Of a DNA stretch of 64,000 nt, positions 23,410 through 36,840 are shown one piece after another. Source of the DNA: Eledone cirrhosa (Eukaryota); assembly GCA_964016885.1 (NCBI GenBank), contig OZ024744.1, positions 35,898,001-35,962,000 of the forward strand, read 5' to 3'. A model generated the notes under the pieces. The model had not been told where the DNA came from. It did no database searches and was given only the letters and a program-made list of their open reading frames with translations. The translations under genes and the position numbers were made by a program. The first letter of the stretch is position 1, and each line of letters opens with the position of its first letter.

Positions 23410-26400
23410 TCCGGAAATGTCGTACCTCAGCGCATGTTTGTGCATCATTAGCCATATAATGTCCAATCCTCCACACATCGGGTGTTGGCAGCAAATGGAC
23501 TGCCTGAGCAGTGAAACCTGTCCCTTCCACAAAAAGGTGAAATTGCAAACACCCGAGTGCACTCAGATGGGGACTAGAAAAAGGCAGACAGACAAGCGTT
23601 AGTAGATGACGGATGTGATGTACGCGTTCGGTACCTCTGCCCGACCTTTCAGAGATAGCTTCCTCTCAGGCCATTTCTGCGTAACAGAGGCCACCTTGCT
23701 TGATCCCTACTTGAGGTTATTGTCCATTAGGTAGTATGAACCAAATCAGACTGAGCAATTTAGACGATTCGTCTGTTCAGTGCCCGACGACGCTTTTGGA
23801 TGGCACGGACCTGCCTCTCCAGGTGCCGAGCTGAGGTCTATCGACTTTTCCTGGTTAATCTTTGCTCCTGTTATCGCCATGTACTCTCTGAGAGTGGTGC
23901 CAATCATCTCTCTGAGTTTGGTGTTCGACACTACTACGGTGACGTCATCAGCATTTTCTGTCACGGATCCTCCACAGCCTAGTTCGCGAAGGTTCCCCCT
24001 TAACGACATCGATTTGTGTAATAGTGGCACGATAAACAATACATACATTAGGGTCGAGAGGGGACAACCTTGGTGGACCGAGCGCATGATGTTCAAAGGT
24101 TCCGGGAGGTGGCCATTCATTCATCACAGAGCAGATGTCGCTGTGCATTGTAGCGTTACTTGAGGACTGCCGCCGAGTACTCTATAGAAAGTTTTTGATT
24201 GGTCTAAGTTCACCAGGGCTCCACTCATGACAAGTTCCTTAGCCATACTCTCTATAGTGCATCGCATAAGGTGAAGGTTGTCATGAATCGATCTACCCAA
24301 AATTGCACATATATACGCCGCCCCTGTCAGACCACTGACGACAAGAGCCAACCTCGTTGATAACACATTGGCTAAAACCTTTTAAACTCTACATTTAGCA
24401 GAGTTATGGACCTAAAATGAGCAATATAGTCCCTCTTTGGGGGTCCTTTCTCAGCAGCACTACGGCTCCACGGCTCCACGGCTCACAAATTTGCCCTACT
24501 CTACTACCAGTTGAAGTAGACATCGACCAAGAGGTCTCTGTATAAGTCTGCCATGTAAACGTAAATCTCGTAGGGCAGATCATCCAAACCAGCCATTGTT
24601 TTACTAAACCTTCTCGATTCATCATTTGCTGTTGACGATTGACCCCGTCAACGTCCATTTAAATAATTCAGTAATCCGGTTTGTGTAATCTTTGCACGCC
24701 GGAAAGGACACGTTCAGGTTCCAGTAACCGTCTCCCTGTCTCACTGTCTATGAAACTCATCTAAGTCGACTGTACAGATCACATATTTTTGGTCTGTGTA
24801 GCCCACTACTTTGACTTGTTGACAACTTATGCTATCTTTGTCTACTTCCACATAGAATACCCTATCTAGATATGATCTGGGCCACTCGATACTGTTTGTC
24901 CATGTCCCCATTGGCACATTCAGGAACTCGTACCTTTCAGATAGTTAGAAATAGCAGGTTTACAATGCTTTTACATCCTCCTCTATCTGCTAGTACCGCA
25001 TTGTCTTAGCGTGCGTCTAAGATACTGTTCTAGTCACTCACAGGCACTAAGATGTAGGGCGTTCCGAGAAAGGTTTCAAGGTACCTAAAGAAATCAGGAC
25101 TTCCTGCCTCTGAAAGCATACCACCCTCTACTGGTCACATCCAGCAACACCAACATACGCTCTGGGTCCAGGAAGATGGTCTGTATCGTAAGGTCCAAGC
25201 TTTTCCGAATCAACACGACTCCAGCCCCAGATTCCGAACGGCTTGAAGAGCATACACCTTGTCGAAAATGGGCTTCAGAAATTCTGGTCTTGCTGATGGC
25301 CACCACATCTAAGTTCAGTTACCCGAGGTCGTTGAGCGAACGGCCTTGCTTCCAAAATGACCGAAGACCACCTGCATTTACTCTGCCTATCCTGGGGAAG
25401 GCCATGTTTGATGAAGAATAGTAAAAAGTGGGAACCGGCACTTGTTCTAATCATGTGAAGGACGCATGTTACAATGTATCTATTAAGGAAATGGAGAAAC
25501 TATCCAAATATAAAAACCCCGATTTTGTGGCAATCCTTCCGGTTACCTGGAGTCTTAGGGCTGTTCACATTGTGAGTGTCCGAAAAACCCTTCGACATTT
25601 TTTTTATATAGTCTTGTGTTAAAGTATCCTACATCCCGCGGAAACCTTTCCAGTAGTTCTATATAGGAGTTTATGAGGCGATCAGTTTTTGTTTTTATGA
25701 GGAATTCATTTAATTCCACCACACCTGTTATCGTTTGTTTAAGAAGTCCATTAACTTCAAGTTCTCCTTCTGGGTAACCTTGATGTATGAGAGAGTTATT
25801 TGTTGTGTAGGCTTCAGCGGATGTTGTTGTTGCTGTTGCCGTTGCTACTGCCGTTGCTGCTACCGTTGCTGCTGCCGTTGCTGCTGTTGTTAATGTTCTT
25901 CATTTTGCTGCTGTTGCTGTGGTGCTTTAAGTTCTTGTGTATTATATAGTGTTGTTTGGAATAGGTTAGTTGTCAGATTTTCTTCTACGCTGTTTAGTCC
26001 GTTGGCTTTCAGCCTGGACCGTCGTCTTTTCTGTCTCGCATTTTTCTTCTTTGTCTCTCCATAGAGGGTCCACGTCAGGAGTAGGGAGTAGAGCAGTAGA
26101 GAAGTGTGTGGCTGCTTTTGAAGGCTGGTCGGCTTGTAGTAAAGAGAATTTGTTGTGGTTGTAGAGGAGAGGGTGGCGTTGGTGGAGGTGGGGCTGGAGT
26201 TGGTGTTGGTCTCTGCTGCTGTTGTTGATGGGTTTGGGTTTGCTGGTTTTTCTGTTAGTACTGCTGTGATTTCTGTTTGATGGTGTTGCAGTTGTTCTTG
26301 TTGATGCTCACGTTCTGGTGTTGATAGCAGTACAGACATTTGCTGGAGACAAACAGCCTTACGGTGGTTTGTGCTCTCACAAAAGAGTACCTATCTTCGA

Positions 26401-27500
26401 CTACTACCGGCAATGCTGACCGTTTCGAAAATCAATCAGGTCAGATATATTGCTTAAAGCTTTCGTTTATTTAGATTAGAACCTTCCATCTGATATCCTA
26501 CCAGTTTTCTTTCCGAAACTTTGTTTTTATTTCTAGAAACATGACCGCATATAGGAACACGCATCTAACCACTCACCAGAAATCCAGCACCGGTGACACT
26601 CCCGAAACTTTTACTTTGATAACTCTTCGGCCCTTGTACGTTGCAAATAATACGTGCTTTGCGCTCTACCATGGGAATTCAGAATATATTCTTGCCAGAA
26701 CTTCCGCGTGAAAGTTGATTCTCACATACGCGCATTGTCTTGTCCATGTTATCAAATCAATATCCTGCCATATGGGCTTCAAACATTTTTCGGCTTGTCC
26801 GTGATATACCGTTTCTACACGCCGGATGTTAATATTCAGACATCGGTATAGCACCATTCTCTAGGCCCTATCTTCGAGGAGTTGTGGTTGTACAGCAAGT
26901 GTGGTCTTCCTGCCTTCTGTTCTAATGATTTTCCCAGCTTCTTCCATGTGTGTATGTATATTTTCAGCGAAACACACTTAAATGGTTTTGAAACTCCAGC
27001 AAAGGAACCGGCCTTGAGCATACTACTATAGTTATTGTTATTGTTGACGTTGTTGCTGTCGTTGGTTGTAGTAATAGTGGAGTTGCTGTCGTTGTCTGTT
27101 CCAGCTACCATCAAAGCAGGGGCGGCGCTGGTGTTTGTAGCGGTGCTGGTGGCGATGGAGTTGAAAGAAATATTGTTGTTGTAAATGTGGGTAATGTTTG
27201 GTTTTATTTATTGCTGAAATTCTCCAAAATGTTTCGATATTGTTACTTTACCAAATGCTTCTGTGATGGTGGTGATGGTGATGTTGGTTGTTTTGGATGT
27301 GGTGGTGGCATGGATGTCGTTGTGGCGGTTTATGATGGTACTGTTATTGTTTTTTTGTCGTTTTTTTGTTGCTGTTGGAAATACCGAAACAAAAAAAAAT
27401 TTGAACATAAATTCACCGCCAACACAAACCGCGTGTAGGTAGAATACAGAAAAAAAAAACATTATGCCTTCTAATTCATTATTATACCAAAACTCCATCG
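23410..27500 (-). mobile_element. Decayed near full-length Tx1/L1 LINE (ORF1, AP endonuclease, RT)
   Basis: Fragments VAISKTRI, FLDPERMLVLLDV, ALVNLDQSKTF, VHQGCPLS, ADDVT, ICCQHPMCGGL; low-complexity ORF1 region 25800-27400. Confidence 0.75.
25445..25690 (+). pseudogene. Small R4/Dong-like RLE endonuclease remnant
   Basis: NVSIKEMEKLSKYK resembles KExEKxxKYxDL at 52952-53170. Confidence 0.4.
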
Positions 27501-27604
27501 TACACGCACATATGTGAGATTATGAAATTGGTGGAGCTAAAATACGCCAAGTGCTGAATCCTGATTAACGGATACTAATAACGCATTCTTTAGAATGCCA
27601 ATCG

Positions 27605-27816
<212 letters not shown>

Positions 27817-27851
27817 TATATATAGATAAAATTTGCTCCAAACGAAATACC

Positions 27852-27942
27852 CGTGTCTGAAAGAACCTGTAGAAGTAGAATCAGCCAGATCCATACAAGA
27901 ACCATGTCTCGAGCTACCTGCCGGCGAAACAATTGTAACACG
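27852..27942 (+). ncRNA. HHR motif with 8-nt core (CTGAAAGA) and long stem II
   Basis: cgtgt-CTGAAAGA-...-GAAA-CAATTG-TA-acacg; perfect stem I, palindromic stem III. Confidence 0.65.
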
Positions 27943-28074
27943 CAATAAATTAAATCCAGATGCATCACTGATGTTTCGTTTTCCTTATACTATCTACACT
28001 CTACTCTGCTGAATAGCGAGTGCTAATTTTGGCATACCGCCTATGGAAGCACCGTAGCTACCATTATACACACC

Positions 28075-28690
28075 GCTAAATTATATTTGTATTAATCTCC
28101 CAAGTCAAGCGATTAACCAGTTAATTTTATTTGGCTTTTTAGTTATTCTATTAATCGCTTAAGTTTATTTTAAAACACCTCGGTAGAGAGCTTAATTCGT
28201 TTTGTGCGGTTTTTGCAAATTTTTGCAATAACTATACATGCTGAATTCTCTGGCCAAAATAGGGGTTTTCTTCCCTTAGATTCTCGTAAGTGCTTTCATA
28301 ACCTGCAAGAGTCTGCCGGCAGAAGAACAAAAATCCGCTGAGAAAGCGATGCCTTGTTCGGTCTCTATACCAAAAGCTTATTTTTATAAGCAGACAGTAT
28401 TATTGATTTAGGCGTTGCAGAAACCCACTTTCGGAGTATTCCATCTTCCAATGAAGGGTCCGGGTAAATATTTCAATCATATCTCATTTTGTTTGACACG
28501 TTTTAGCTTGTTCGCTTTTTTGGCTATGGTGGTTAATGGCTTCTTAACCATCGTCTCAGTTTGTATGACCTTTTTAACTTATGTTTATAGCTCTGGTATC
28601 TTCTTCAGTTCCATGGAGCGCTTGTCTGCACAATATGGAAGTTGCGTTTCGCTAATTTCTACCCGCCGAAATGCGATTCTCGCTAAATTA
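28075..28690 (+). mobile_element. ~640 bp family copy (opposite orientation to 7092), HHR-like motif at 28334-28435
   Basis: tccg-CTGAGAA-a gcgatgcct...aggcgttgc a-GAAA...cgga. Confidence 0.65.
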
Positions 28691-28702
28691 TATATATATA
28701 TG

Positions 28703-28759
<57 letters not shown>

Positions 28760-29312
28760 ACATATATATGTATACATATATATATATACACATACATGAT
28801 GGCTGCTCCCTCGTTATCGAGTATGGCCATTGCACGATATACCATTATTAATAATTATTAATTAATTCTATCGTGCAATGCCTGTGCCTGAAGATATTTT
28901 TTAAAGTCAGGAAAGACTGTGCACTGAGCCAATCCCACTCTCTCAGCAACAGTAGCTATAAACCGAAAAGAAGAGAAGATCAACCTCATCGGTAACTATT
29001 GAGCCGCAGGTTTTATATCGGAGTTATCACAGTTTCTGAGTTGCCTTTTCCTAGAAGAATGCCCTGACAAAGGCGAGGGGTTCTTTATTCCCAGTGGTTT
29101 AACCGCGCGATCGGGTGTCCAGCCCGACTATTTCTATGCCCCCACGCATGTATATACACATATATACATATACATACATATACATACATATACATACATA
29201 AATACGTATATATATATATTTATATATATATATATATGTGTTCTAAATAGCTTGCCAAGTCATGTCATGACTTGGCAAGCTATTTAGAACACTGGTTTAA
29301 CCGATTTACTTC

Positions 29313-29347
29313 CCTCTGAAGAAGAGGTATTATCTCGAAAATTAAGG
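29313..29347 (+). ncRNA. Minimal HHR in solo pseudo-LTR (29237-29460)
   Basis: cct-CTGAAGA-a gag gtattat ctc-GAAA-AT-TA-agg; same family as 32709-32745; preceded by hairpin 29238-29292. Confidence 0.7.
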
Positions 29348-29458
29348 ACATTTAAATAAATCTAACGTAAAAGACTAATTGTCAAAAATGTCTTTTGCAT
29401 TTGCCTTTTTTATTCTATGTCCATACCTGCATTGTTTGGCTTTACAAATTCAAACGAT

Positions 29459-29809
<351 letters not shown>

Positions 29810-29849
29810 ACACATACACACACACGTATATATATATATATATATATAT

Positions 29850-29886
<37 letters not shown>

Positions 29887-30374
29887 TATATATGTATATA
29901 TATATATTTAGCATTACCACATAACATAGGTGCGCATGCATACACTCTCACATAATATAACACGCAGATGTAGACAATGTGTATATATGTCTACATATAT
30001 ACATCTAGACACAGATATATATTCGCATAATTATAAATCTATTAATATGTTTCCGTATATTTTGAACAGCTGAGTACCATTTCTATCTATTTCGCATAAA
30101 AATTGATAAGAATGCTCTCAGACACTGAAATAAAATGAATATAGCAATAAAACGTATGGAAATTCTATCAATTATCATGTTTGGTTCTTGCAAGCAATTC
30201 GCCAAACACCTGCATATATGAATATATTGGTCGACTGGGTTTCCTAATCAAAATGAAAATGAACATTATAATCACACGCACAAACATATATGTAAATATG
30301 TATATGTATATGTATGCATGTATATATGTATCTATATATTTATATAATGTATGTATGTGTGTAGGTACGTATAT

Positions 30375-30464
<90 letters not shown>

Positions 30465-30680
30465 GTATATATATATATATACGTATATATATATATATAC
30501 GTATATATATATATGTAGAAGGTGAGTAATATTGTAGAACAATAAAACTATGCATATATCAGATAAGTAGCACTCAACATTTGGTAGAACTGGAGTATAT
30601 ATAAAGAAGACTGGAGTATATATATGTAGACTGGGCACTTTCTTTTCACAAGTGTTTTTAAGCCTCATATCATGTTACCT

Positions 30681-30750
30681 TATTTTATCTGATGAGAACA
30701 CAATTTTTGTCCCAGGATGATGTAGTTTTCGAAATGCGCATAATAAAATA
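30681..30750 (+). ncRNA. Type I HHR (canonical core)
   Basis: tattttat-CTGATGA-gaa...ttc-GAAA-TGCGCA-TA-ataaaata: 8-bp stem I, palindromic stem III. Confidence 0.85.
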
Positions 30751-30781
30751 TATGGAACTTCTTTAATCATCTTTTAATTTC

Positions 30782-30867
<86 letters not shown>

Positions 30868-31154
30868 ATATATATGTATATACATACTACTGTACGTCTG
30901 TATACATATATGTATGTATACATACTTATATTTAAGTACCAACCATACTAAGAGTGAGAAATGTAATTTCATTTTTTTCCATTTATCGTTTCCGGTACGC
31001 CCGGCCGACTAACTCACTCGATATGCAAATTAGGCTGCTCAGCCGTTAATATGCATAAGGAAAGTATATGCTTTCAAACGTTCAATCGACTGACAGGAAG
31101 GTATACGATGCTGATGGCAGGTGATAAGTTAGAAACTAGTTCATCGTTCCTTTG

Positions 31155-31680
31155 TCAGTGTTGAACAAGAGGGCAACGATGGTTGCCGAATACTGTACGG
31201 CCAAAAATTCGGGCAGTTTGTTGACAAACGGCGCAGAGGTCACATGGTCTTTTATTTCCGTTATACGATCTAGCCCTAGCTAGGATCTCCCAGTGTAATT
31301 TATATTGGGTGTGGTAGTCTTTTAGACTCCAGATATAAGCTGAGAGTGACGTCATATTCCTTCTTAGAGGGTAACGAAAAGAATGGGTATGCATGTAAAG
31401 ACGCTGCTTGAATCTATTGGCGGTTAATCCTATGTAGGCCCTACGGGACGTGGGTGTTTCAACCTTACATTTGTAGACAATGTTACTAGAGAGGCATTTC
31501 CTGGATAGGGGGCAATCAGCCCGATTCCTACAATTACAGTTAGTACTAACTACAGGGTTGCACGTGTTCCTACGGCTAGGTAGTTTAGCTAAATTTGAAG
31601 CTGTGATGTTATGTGCAAGGTTAGGAGTCGTAGAGTAAGAAATTTTAATAGTATTTCTATTAAAAATTTTACTATATTTT
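31155..31680 (-). pseudogene. PLE GIY-YIG fragment (CxCx5C linker, Hydra-like group)
   Basis: KIFNRNTIKISYS, CNCRNRADCPLSRKC, IVYKCKV...YIGLTANRFKQR, CDLC. Confidence 0.88.
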
Positions 31681-31718
31681 TGAAATATCCACTTCTGCGT
31701 TGAAAGATTCACTTTGTT

Positions 31719-31769
31719 AGTTTCAGAAGATCCCGTTAAGGGTGAAAGCAGTGATTCTTTGCTTAAACT
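31719..31769 (+). ncRNA. HHR variant with CAGAAGA core
   Basis: agttt-CAGAAGA-tccc gttaa gggt-GAAA-gca..tgc-TT-aaact; inverted relative to the adjacent PLE ORF. Confidence 0.6.
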
Positions 31770-31793
31770 TTAATCTGTTATTTTAATAAATAA

Positions 31794-31919
<126 letters not shown>

Positions 31920-31929
31920 TATACATATA

Positions 31930-32907
31930 TCAGCGGACGGCTGGCTAAGAGACACTCCACCAGACATGACAACTGCTGCAGACTAGCCAACTGCCCCATC
32001 AACGACACAGACCTATGCCACCAGGCTTACGTAGTATACAGACTAGAGTGTGACAAATGCAACAACTTCTACGTAGGTAGCACCACCAGCAGACCACTCC
32101 ACATAAGAATAAAAGAACACCTCAATACTAACGCTTCCTCATTTAAGAAACACCTAGTTAAATGCAAAAACACCGATAAAAACATAACAGTTAGGATAGA
32201 AACTAAGGAAAGAAACCTCGGCAATCTTAGAATTAAGGAAGCACTTATTATAGATAGAACACATCCACCAATCAATAATAGACTAGAGCTCAACACCCAA
32301 TTTATAACCTGATAGGGCCTCTAGCCCCATTTTTACACACCCCGCCTACACGCACGCGCACACCTCCACTTATTCTCTCTCACACATACACACACAAAAC
32401 CAGTTCTAACACCAGATAACACCTACCCCCCACTTTTACGATTAGACCTATCTTCCCACACTCACACACACACACCCACATACCTACACCTTCATGCATT
32501 CTCCCACACACATATACAGGCACGCATATAAAATTTAAAAAAAAACAAAAAAAAAACGTAACATAAACAAACCCCTCTTAAAGGGAGACTACTCTTTATC
32601 CACCTAATTTTAATTCTTTGATATTAGAGTTAGAACAGATACTCTATACTATTTCCGGTCAGCATGGCTTGGCTAGAGATTTAAGACGCTGGTTTGAGAC
32701 CTTTACTTTCCTCCGAAGAAGAGATATTATCTCGAAAATTAAGGACATTTAAATAAATTCAAGGTGAAAGACGAATTCACATCAATATCTTTCACTATTG
32801 CATTCTTTTTTCTATGTCCATACCTGCATTGTTTTGGCCTTATTACACATATTCTAACGTTTATACCTCATTACACAATGCTTCAAGTGAACTATAACCT
32901 CCTCCTT
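31930..32907 (+). mobile_element. PLE 3' end: GIY-YIG fragment (31930-32310), 3' UTR and pseudo-LTR with HHR at 32709-32745 (core CCGAAGA)
   Basis: Translates CRLANCPINDTDLCHQAYVVYRLECDKCNNFYVGSTTSRPLHIRIKEHL; (TA)n flanks. Confidence 0.85.
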
Positions 32908-33218
32908 ATATATATATCCTAAACCGACGGTAGTCGGTTTAGTAATATTGTTGTCTTAGTGATTTCGTTGGCAATCGTCTCTTTACAGCATTATTAGAAT
33001 GTCTTCCGATTATCAAAATCACATGAAAGTTATATGAGCATGGAGAGTAAATCATTGCACATCTCTTAAGCTAAAAATCTCGAAATTTCGTTCAGCACAA
33101 AAAAAGTTATGATCAAAGTTTGCTGAAAAAAACTGTGTTCAAGTGAGTAAGTGAGTGAGTAAGGGTGACGCTCTGTGCATTTGATGCATCTCTTGGGACC
33201 GGTCAGAGGAGGATAAGG

Positions 33219-33776
33219 GGTTATTCGGGGTGCGGCGCTTATTCGAACCCTCCCCCAGTGACTGCGATTATTCGGGGTGAGACGCTTATTCGAACCCCCC
33301 CCCCCGCTTATTCGAACCCTCCCCCCAGTGACTGCGATTATTCGGGGTGCGGCGCTTATTCGAACCCTCCCCCCAGTGACTGCGGTTATTCGGGGTGCGG
33401 CGCTTATTCGAACCCTCCCCCCAGTGACTGCGATTATTCGGGGTGCGGCGCTTATTCGAACCCTCCCCCCAGTGACTGCGGTTATTCGGGGTGCGGCGCT
33501 TATTCGAACCCTCCCCCAGTGACTGCGATTATTCGGGGTGAGGCGCTTATTCGAACCCCCCCCCCCCCACAGTGACTGCGGTTATTCGGGGTGCGGCGCT
33601 TATTCGAACCCCCCCCCCACAGTGACTGCGATTATTCGGGGTGAGGCGCTTATTCGAACCCTCCCCCAGTGACTGCTGTTATTTGGGGTGAGGGTCTTAT
33701 TCGAACCCCCCCTAGTGACTGCGGTTATTCGGGGTGCGGTGGTTATTTGAACCCCCCCCCAGTGACTGCGGTTATT
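33219..33776. repeat. GC-rich ~40 bp minisatellite, ~13-14 units
   Basis: Unit CAGTGACTGCGRTTATTCGGGGTGMGGCGCTTATTCGAACCCTCCCCC-like. Confidence 0.95.
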
Positions 33777-34101
33777 TTTTTGAATTTGAATTTTAAATGT
33801 TGATACAATGTGGCAGTAAACATTAATCATTGAGCTAATTAGGAGCTATTATGTTCTCCTATCTCGCGATAAGTGGTCACACGTTGCAAACTAGTTGAGG
33901 TTGTCTTCTATTTATATTCAAATGAGTAATCACTCACTGCATTGTTCTCTTTCAAAGCAGTCGCTGATTGATATACTAGAAATTCAGAAAATCATTTGGA
34001 TTTGTACTAATAGTTGTGAATAGTTGTGCTATTTTTTGTACCGATAGGTGCGAGTAGTGAACTCATTTGCGATAGGTGCGAATAGTGTGCTCATTTGACA
34101 T

Positions 34102-34764
34102 ATGAAAATGACGTCTCTCGGCTTTTTTATCGGCTTATTTATTTTGACTATTACAAATGAAAAATTTGTTTCCCTGCAAAAGTCTCGCCAAAATGGTCGC
34201 AAAAAAAATCGCAAAAGGTCACTTCATACGTTTCGCGGCTTTCGAAAAAAGTCACCATATACGTTTCGCGGCTTTTTGATCGGCTTATTACTTTTTTGCC
34301 TGGCGCGAAAATGCAATATTTCCATTTCGAATGAAACAATTCCACAATCGGGCAATTCGAATGATGAAATTCACATTCAGGCGGCTTTTTACAAATCCAA
34401 TAAACGAATTTACCCGATTTCCAATCAGAAATATAGAACACGTGCACTGATCTTATCATTGCTTATTATCGGTTGTGTTGAATTAAATCCTGGACCTGAA
34501 TTTGAATTCAATGAGACTGATAGTGCTTCCGAATGTCCCAAAGATCAAAAAATTCATAAAGAGAATGAAAAACGGAGAAAAAATGCCATTAGGAATAGGG
34601 AGTATAAAAAACGGAAAGCTGCTGAAATAAAAGAAAAAAGACAATCAGAACAAGCAAAACATATGAATAATGCATACCAAAAAGCGCGTGAAGAAAATAC
34701 AAAAATCCAAAAAAAATTATCATGTGAAAAATTGACAAAAAATCGACAAAAATGGCGTGCGTGA
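34102..34764 (+). CDS. Transposon-associated ORF with 2A-like motif and basic coiled region
   Basis: RALILSLLIIGCVELNPGP then K/R/E-rich helix; ends inside a tandem repeat. Confidence 0.4.
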   Translation: MKMTSLGFFIGLFILTITNEKFVSLQKSRQNGRKKNRKRSLHTFRGFRKKSPYTFRGFLIGLLLFCLARKCNISISNETIPQSGNSNDEIHIQAAFYKSNKRIYPISNQKYRTRALILSLLIIGCVELNPGPEFEFNETDSASECPKDQKIHKENEKRRKNAIRNREYKKRKAAEIKEKRQSEQAKHMNNAYQKAREENTKIQKKLSCEKLTKNRQKWRA

Positions 34765-34948
34765 AGAAAATCCAAAAATCCAAAAAAAAATTATCATGTG
34801 AAAAATTGACAAAAAATCGACAAAAATGGCGCGCGTGAAAAAAAATCAAAAAAACCCCAAAAAATTTGCATGTGAAAAATTGACAAAAAATCGACCAAAA
34901 ATGGCGCGCGTGAAAAAAATCCCAAAAAAATTTGCATGTGAAAATTGA
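34684..34948. repeat. ~65-72 bp tandem repeat, ~4 units
   Basis: GCGCGTGAA...CATGTGAAAAATTGACAAAAAATCGAC..AAAATG repeated. Confidence 0.9.
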
Positions 34949-35779
34949 TATTTGCCTTCTATTGCATTAGAATTTGTCATGTTTAATTAAAATGTTATTT
35001 TCAACTAAATGCAAATGGTGCAAATTTGCTCCATTTAGATTCAGTTGTTAATGCTCACCTACTAATTTAAAAAAATTGTATTTTCTTAAATGACTCTTAT
35101 TTATCATAAGTTAATATTTTTAAGATAGGTGAGTGCTCCACGATCTGACCTATGTCCCCGCCATGTGGAGTGGATGCTTGTACCAATTAGATAAAATATC
35201 TCAACTTATTTCTGTGACTCCAATGCACAGGCTGACACTGTAGCTTGAATTAAATTCAAAATTGGTACAAGTAACTAAGAGGTCACAAAAGAATAGCTTC
35301 ACTTTCACCTATAGTTTTCATTAACATCATTTTTGGGATTTTTTGATAGAAGTAACTAAAGTAATAACTATTTAATTAAGTAGTTGTTGTTTGCATTGCC
35401 TTGAAAAATAGGAAACTAGCTAGAAAAATGCGTACAGCAAAAAAAAGTAATATTGTTGGAACAAACCTTTAAAAATACAGGACAAGGAAGTAAGATAAAC
35501 CTTTAAAAATACAGGACAAAGAACTAAGATAAAACTTTAAAAGAATAGGACAAGGAATATAAATTTTTACAATAATATTAGTGGCAAAAATTTTATTGGA
35601 AAAATAGATAATTGATCAAATAAAAGTGATTTATTTGAGTAACATGAAATTACTTAATGAGAAATATCAATACAATGAAATTGATCCCTGTCTTGTGTTC
35701 CTCCTCCAAGTCCGAGTTGTACCAACTGGTTCATTGGTTCATGAGGAAGTGGGCCAGGAAAAATGTAGGAAAAGTCATC

Positions 35780-36300
35780 ATGGTTCATTTCTGTTCTTCC
35801 CTTCTACTCGAGCCCCCTCAGCGCCTGCATCCCCCAGCTACAATGACTCCCAAATCAGCAGTCTGTTGCTCCTGCACCAACGCCTCCACCTCCTCCCCCC
35901 TCGTCGCCTGCTTCAACTTTCATCATTGCTGCGCCAACATGCCCAGTGCTGTCTGGAAGTGGTTCAACGAGTCCGGCGCCGGCTTCACCTGCTTCAAGTG
36001 CTCTCCCAGGAAGAAGCACTCTGCCCTATCCACCTGCCCTTCTACCACTGCCCATGAAGCCAGTCCGGAACCGTCAACCGTGCCTCAAAGTGTCATCGAG
36101 GACCAGCAGGATTCCGAGTCGAACACGGGCCCATTCACCTTGGTCACTCGCCGTCATCGTCCCAGAGTCAAGACCCGTACCCCTCCCTCTCCCCCTAGAG
36201 TTCCTGCTCCGACCCAGTCCGAGTTGCGCCGGGTCATCCGCGAGGAGTTGGACCGGGAAAGATGACAGACAAGTGATCATGGTTGGAGTGGATGCATGCG
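35780..36300 (+). pseudogene. GC-rich fragment resembling PHD-finger ORF1 of a CR1/L2-group LINE
   Basis: MTPKSAVCCSC...VAC..FHHCCANM...FTCFKC then IREELDRER; abrupt GC shift. Confidence 0.55.
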
Positions 36301-36595
36301 GAACATCATAGTTGTAATTGGTGTAATGATGGAAACTCAATTTTTTACCAATTGAATTTTGCCACTAATATTATTGTAAAAATTTATATTCCTTGTCCTA
36401 TTCTTTTAAAGTTTTATCTTAGTTCTTTGTCCTGTATTTTTAAAGGTTTATCTTACTTCCTTGTCCTGTATTTTTAAAGGTTTGTTCCAACAATATTACT
36501 TTTTTTTGCTGTACGCATTTTTCTAGCTAGTATATATATATATGTATATGTGTGTGTGTGTGTGTGCATATGTATGCATATATATGTATGTGTAT

Positions 36596-36635
<40 letters not shown>

Positions 36636-36840
36636 GTATATATATATATATAGATATATATATGTATATATGTATATATGTATATATGTATATATGTATA
36701 TATATATATATACATATAAATACATATATATGTACATATATATACATATATATACATATATATATATGTATATACATATATATATATACATACATATACA
36801 GTATATATATACATATATATGTATATATATGTGTGTATAC

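Larger units (their letters stand above)
32917..36531. mobile_element. Helentron/DINE-1-like non-autonomous rolling-circle element (putative)
   Basis: Terminal hairpin CTAAACCGAC ggta GTCGGTTTAG; sub-terminal AGTAATATTGTTG (32941) inverted at 36487-36499; internal inverted copy of the right end (35415-35600); internal minisatellites; CTAG end. Confidence 0.5.

Noticed and set aside
28885-28924. gtgc-CTGAAGA...GAAA...gcac hammerhead-like string; similar partial hits near 1038, 2585, 6445 and 48985
   Set aside because: Missing stem II or III, or missing the NUH triplet.
33165-33575. Cys/Gly/Pro-repeat ORF
   Set aside because: Translation of the 40-bp minisatellite; frame changes between units.
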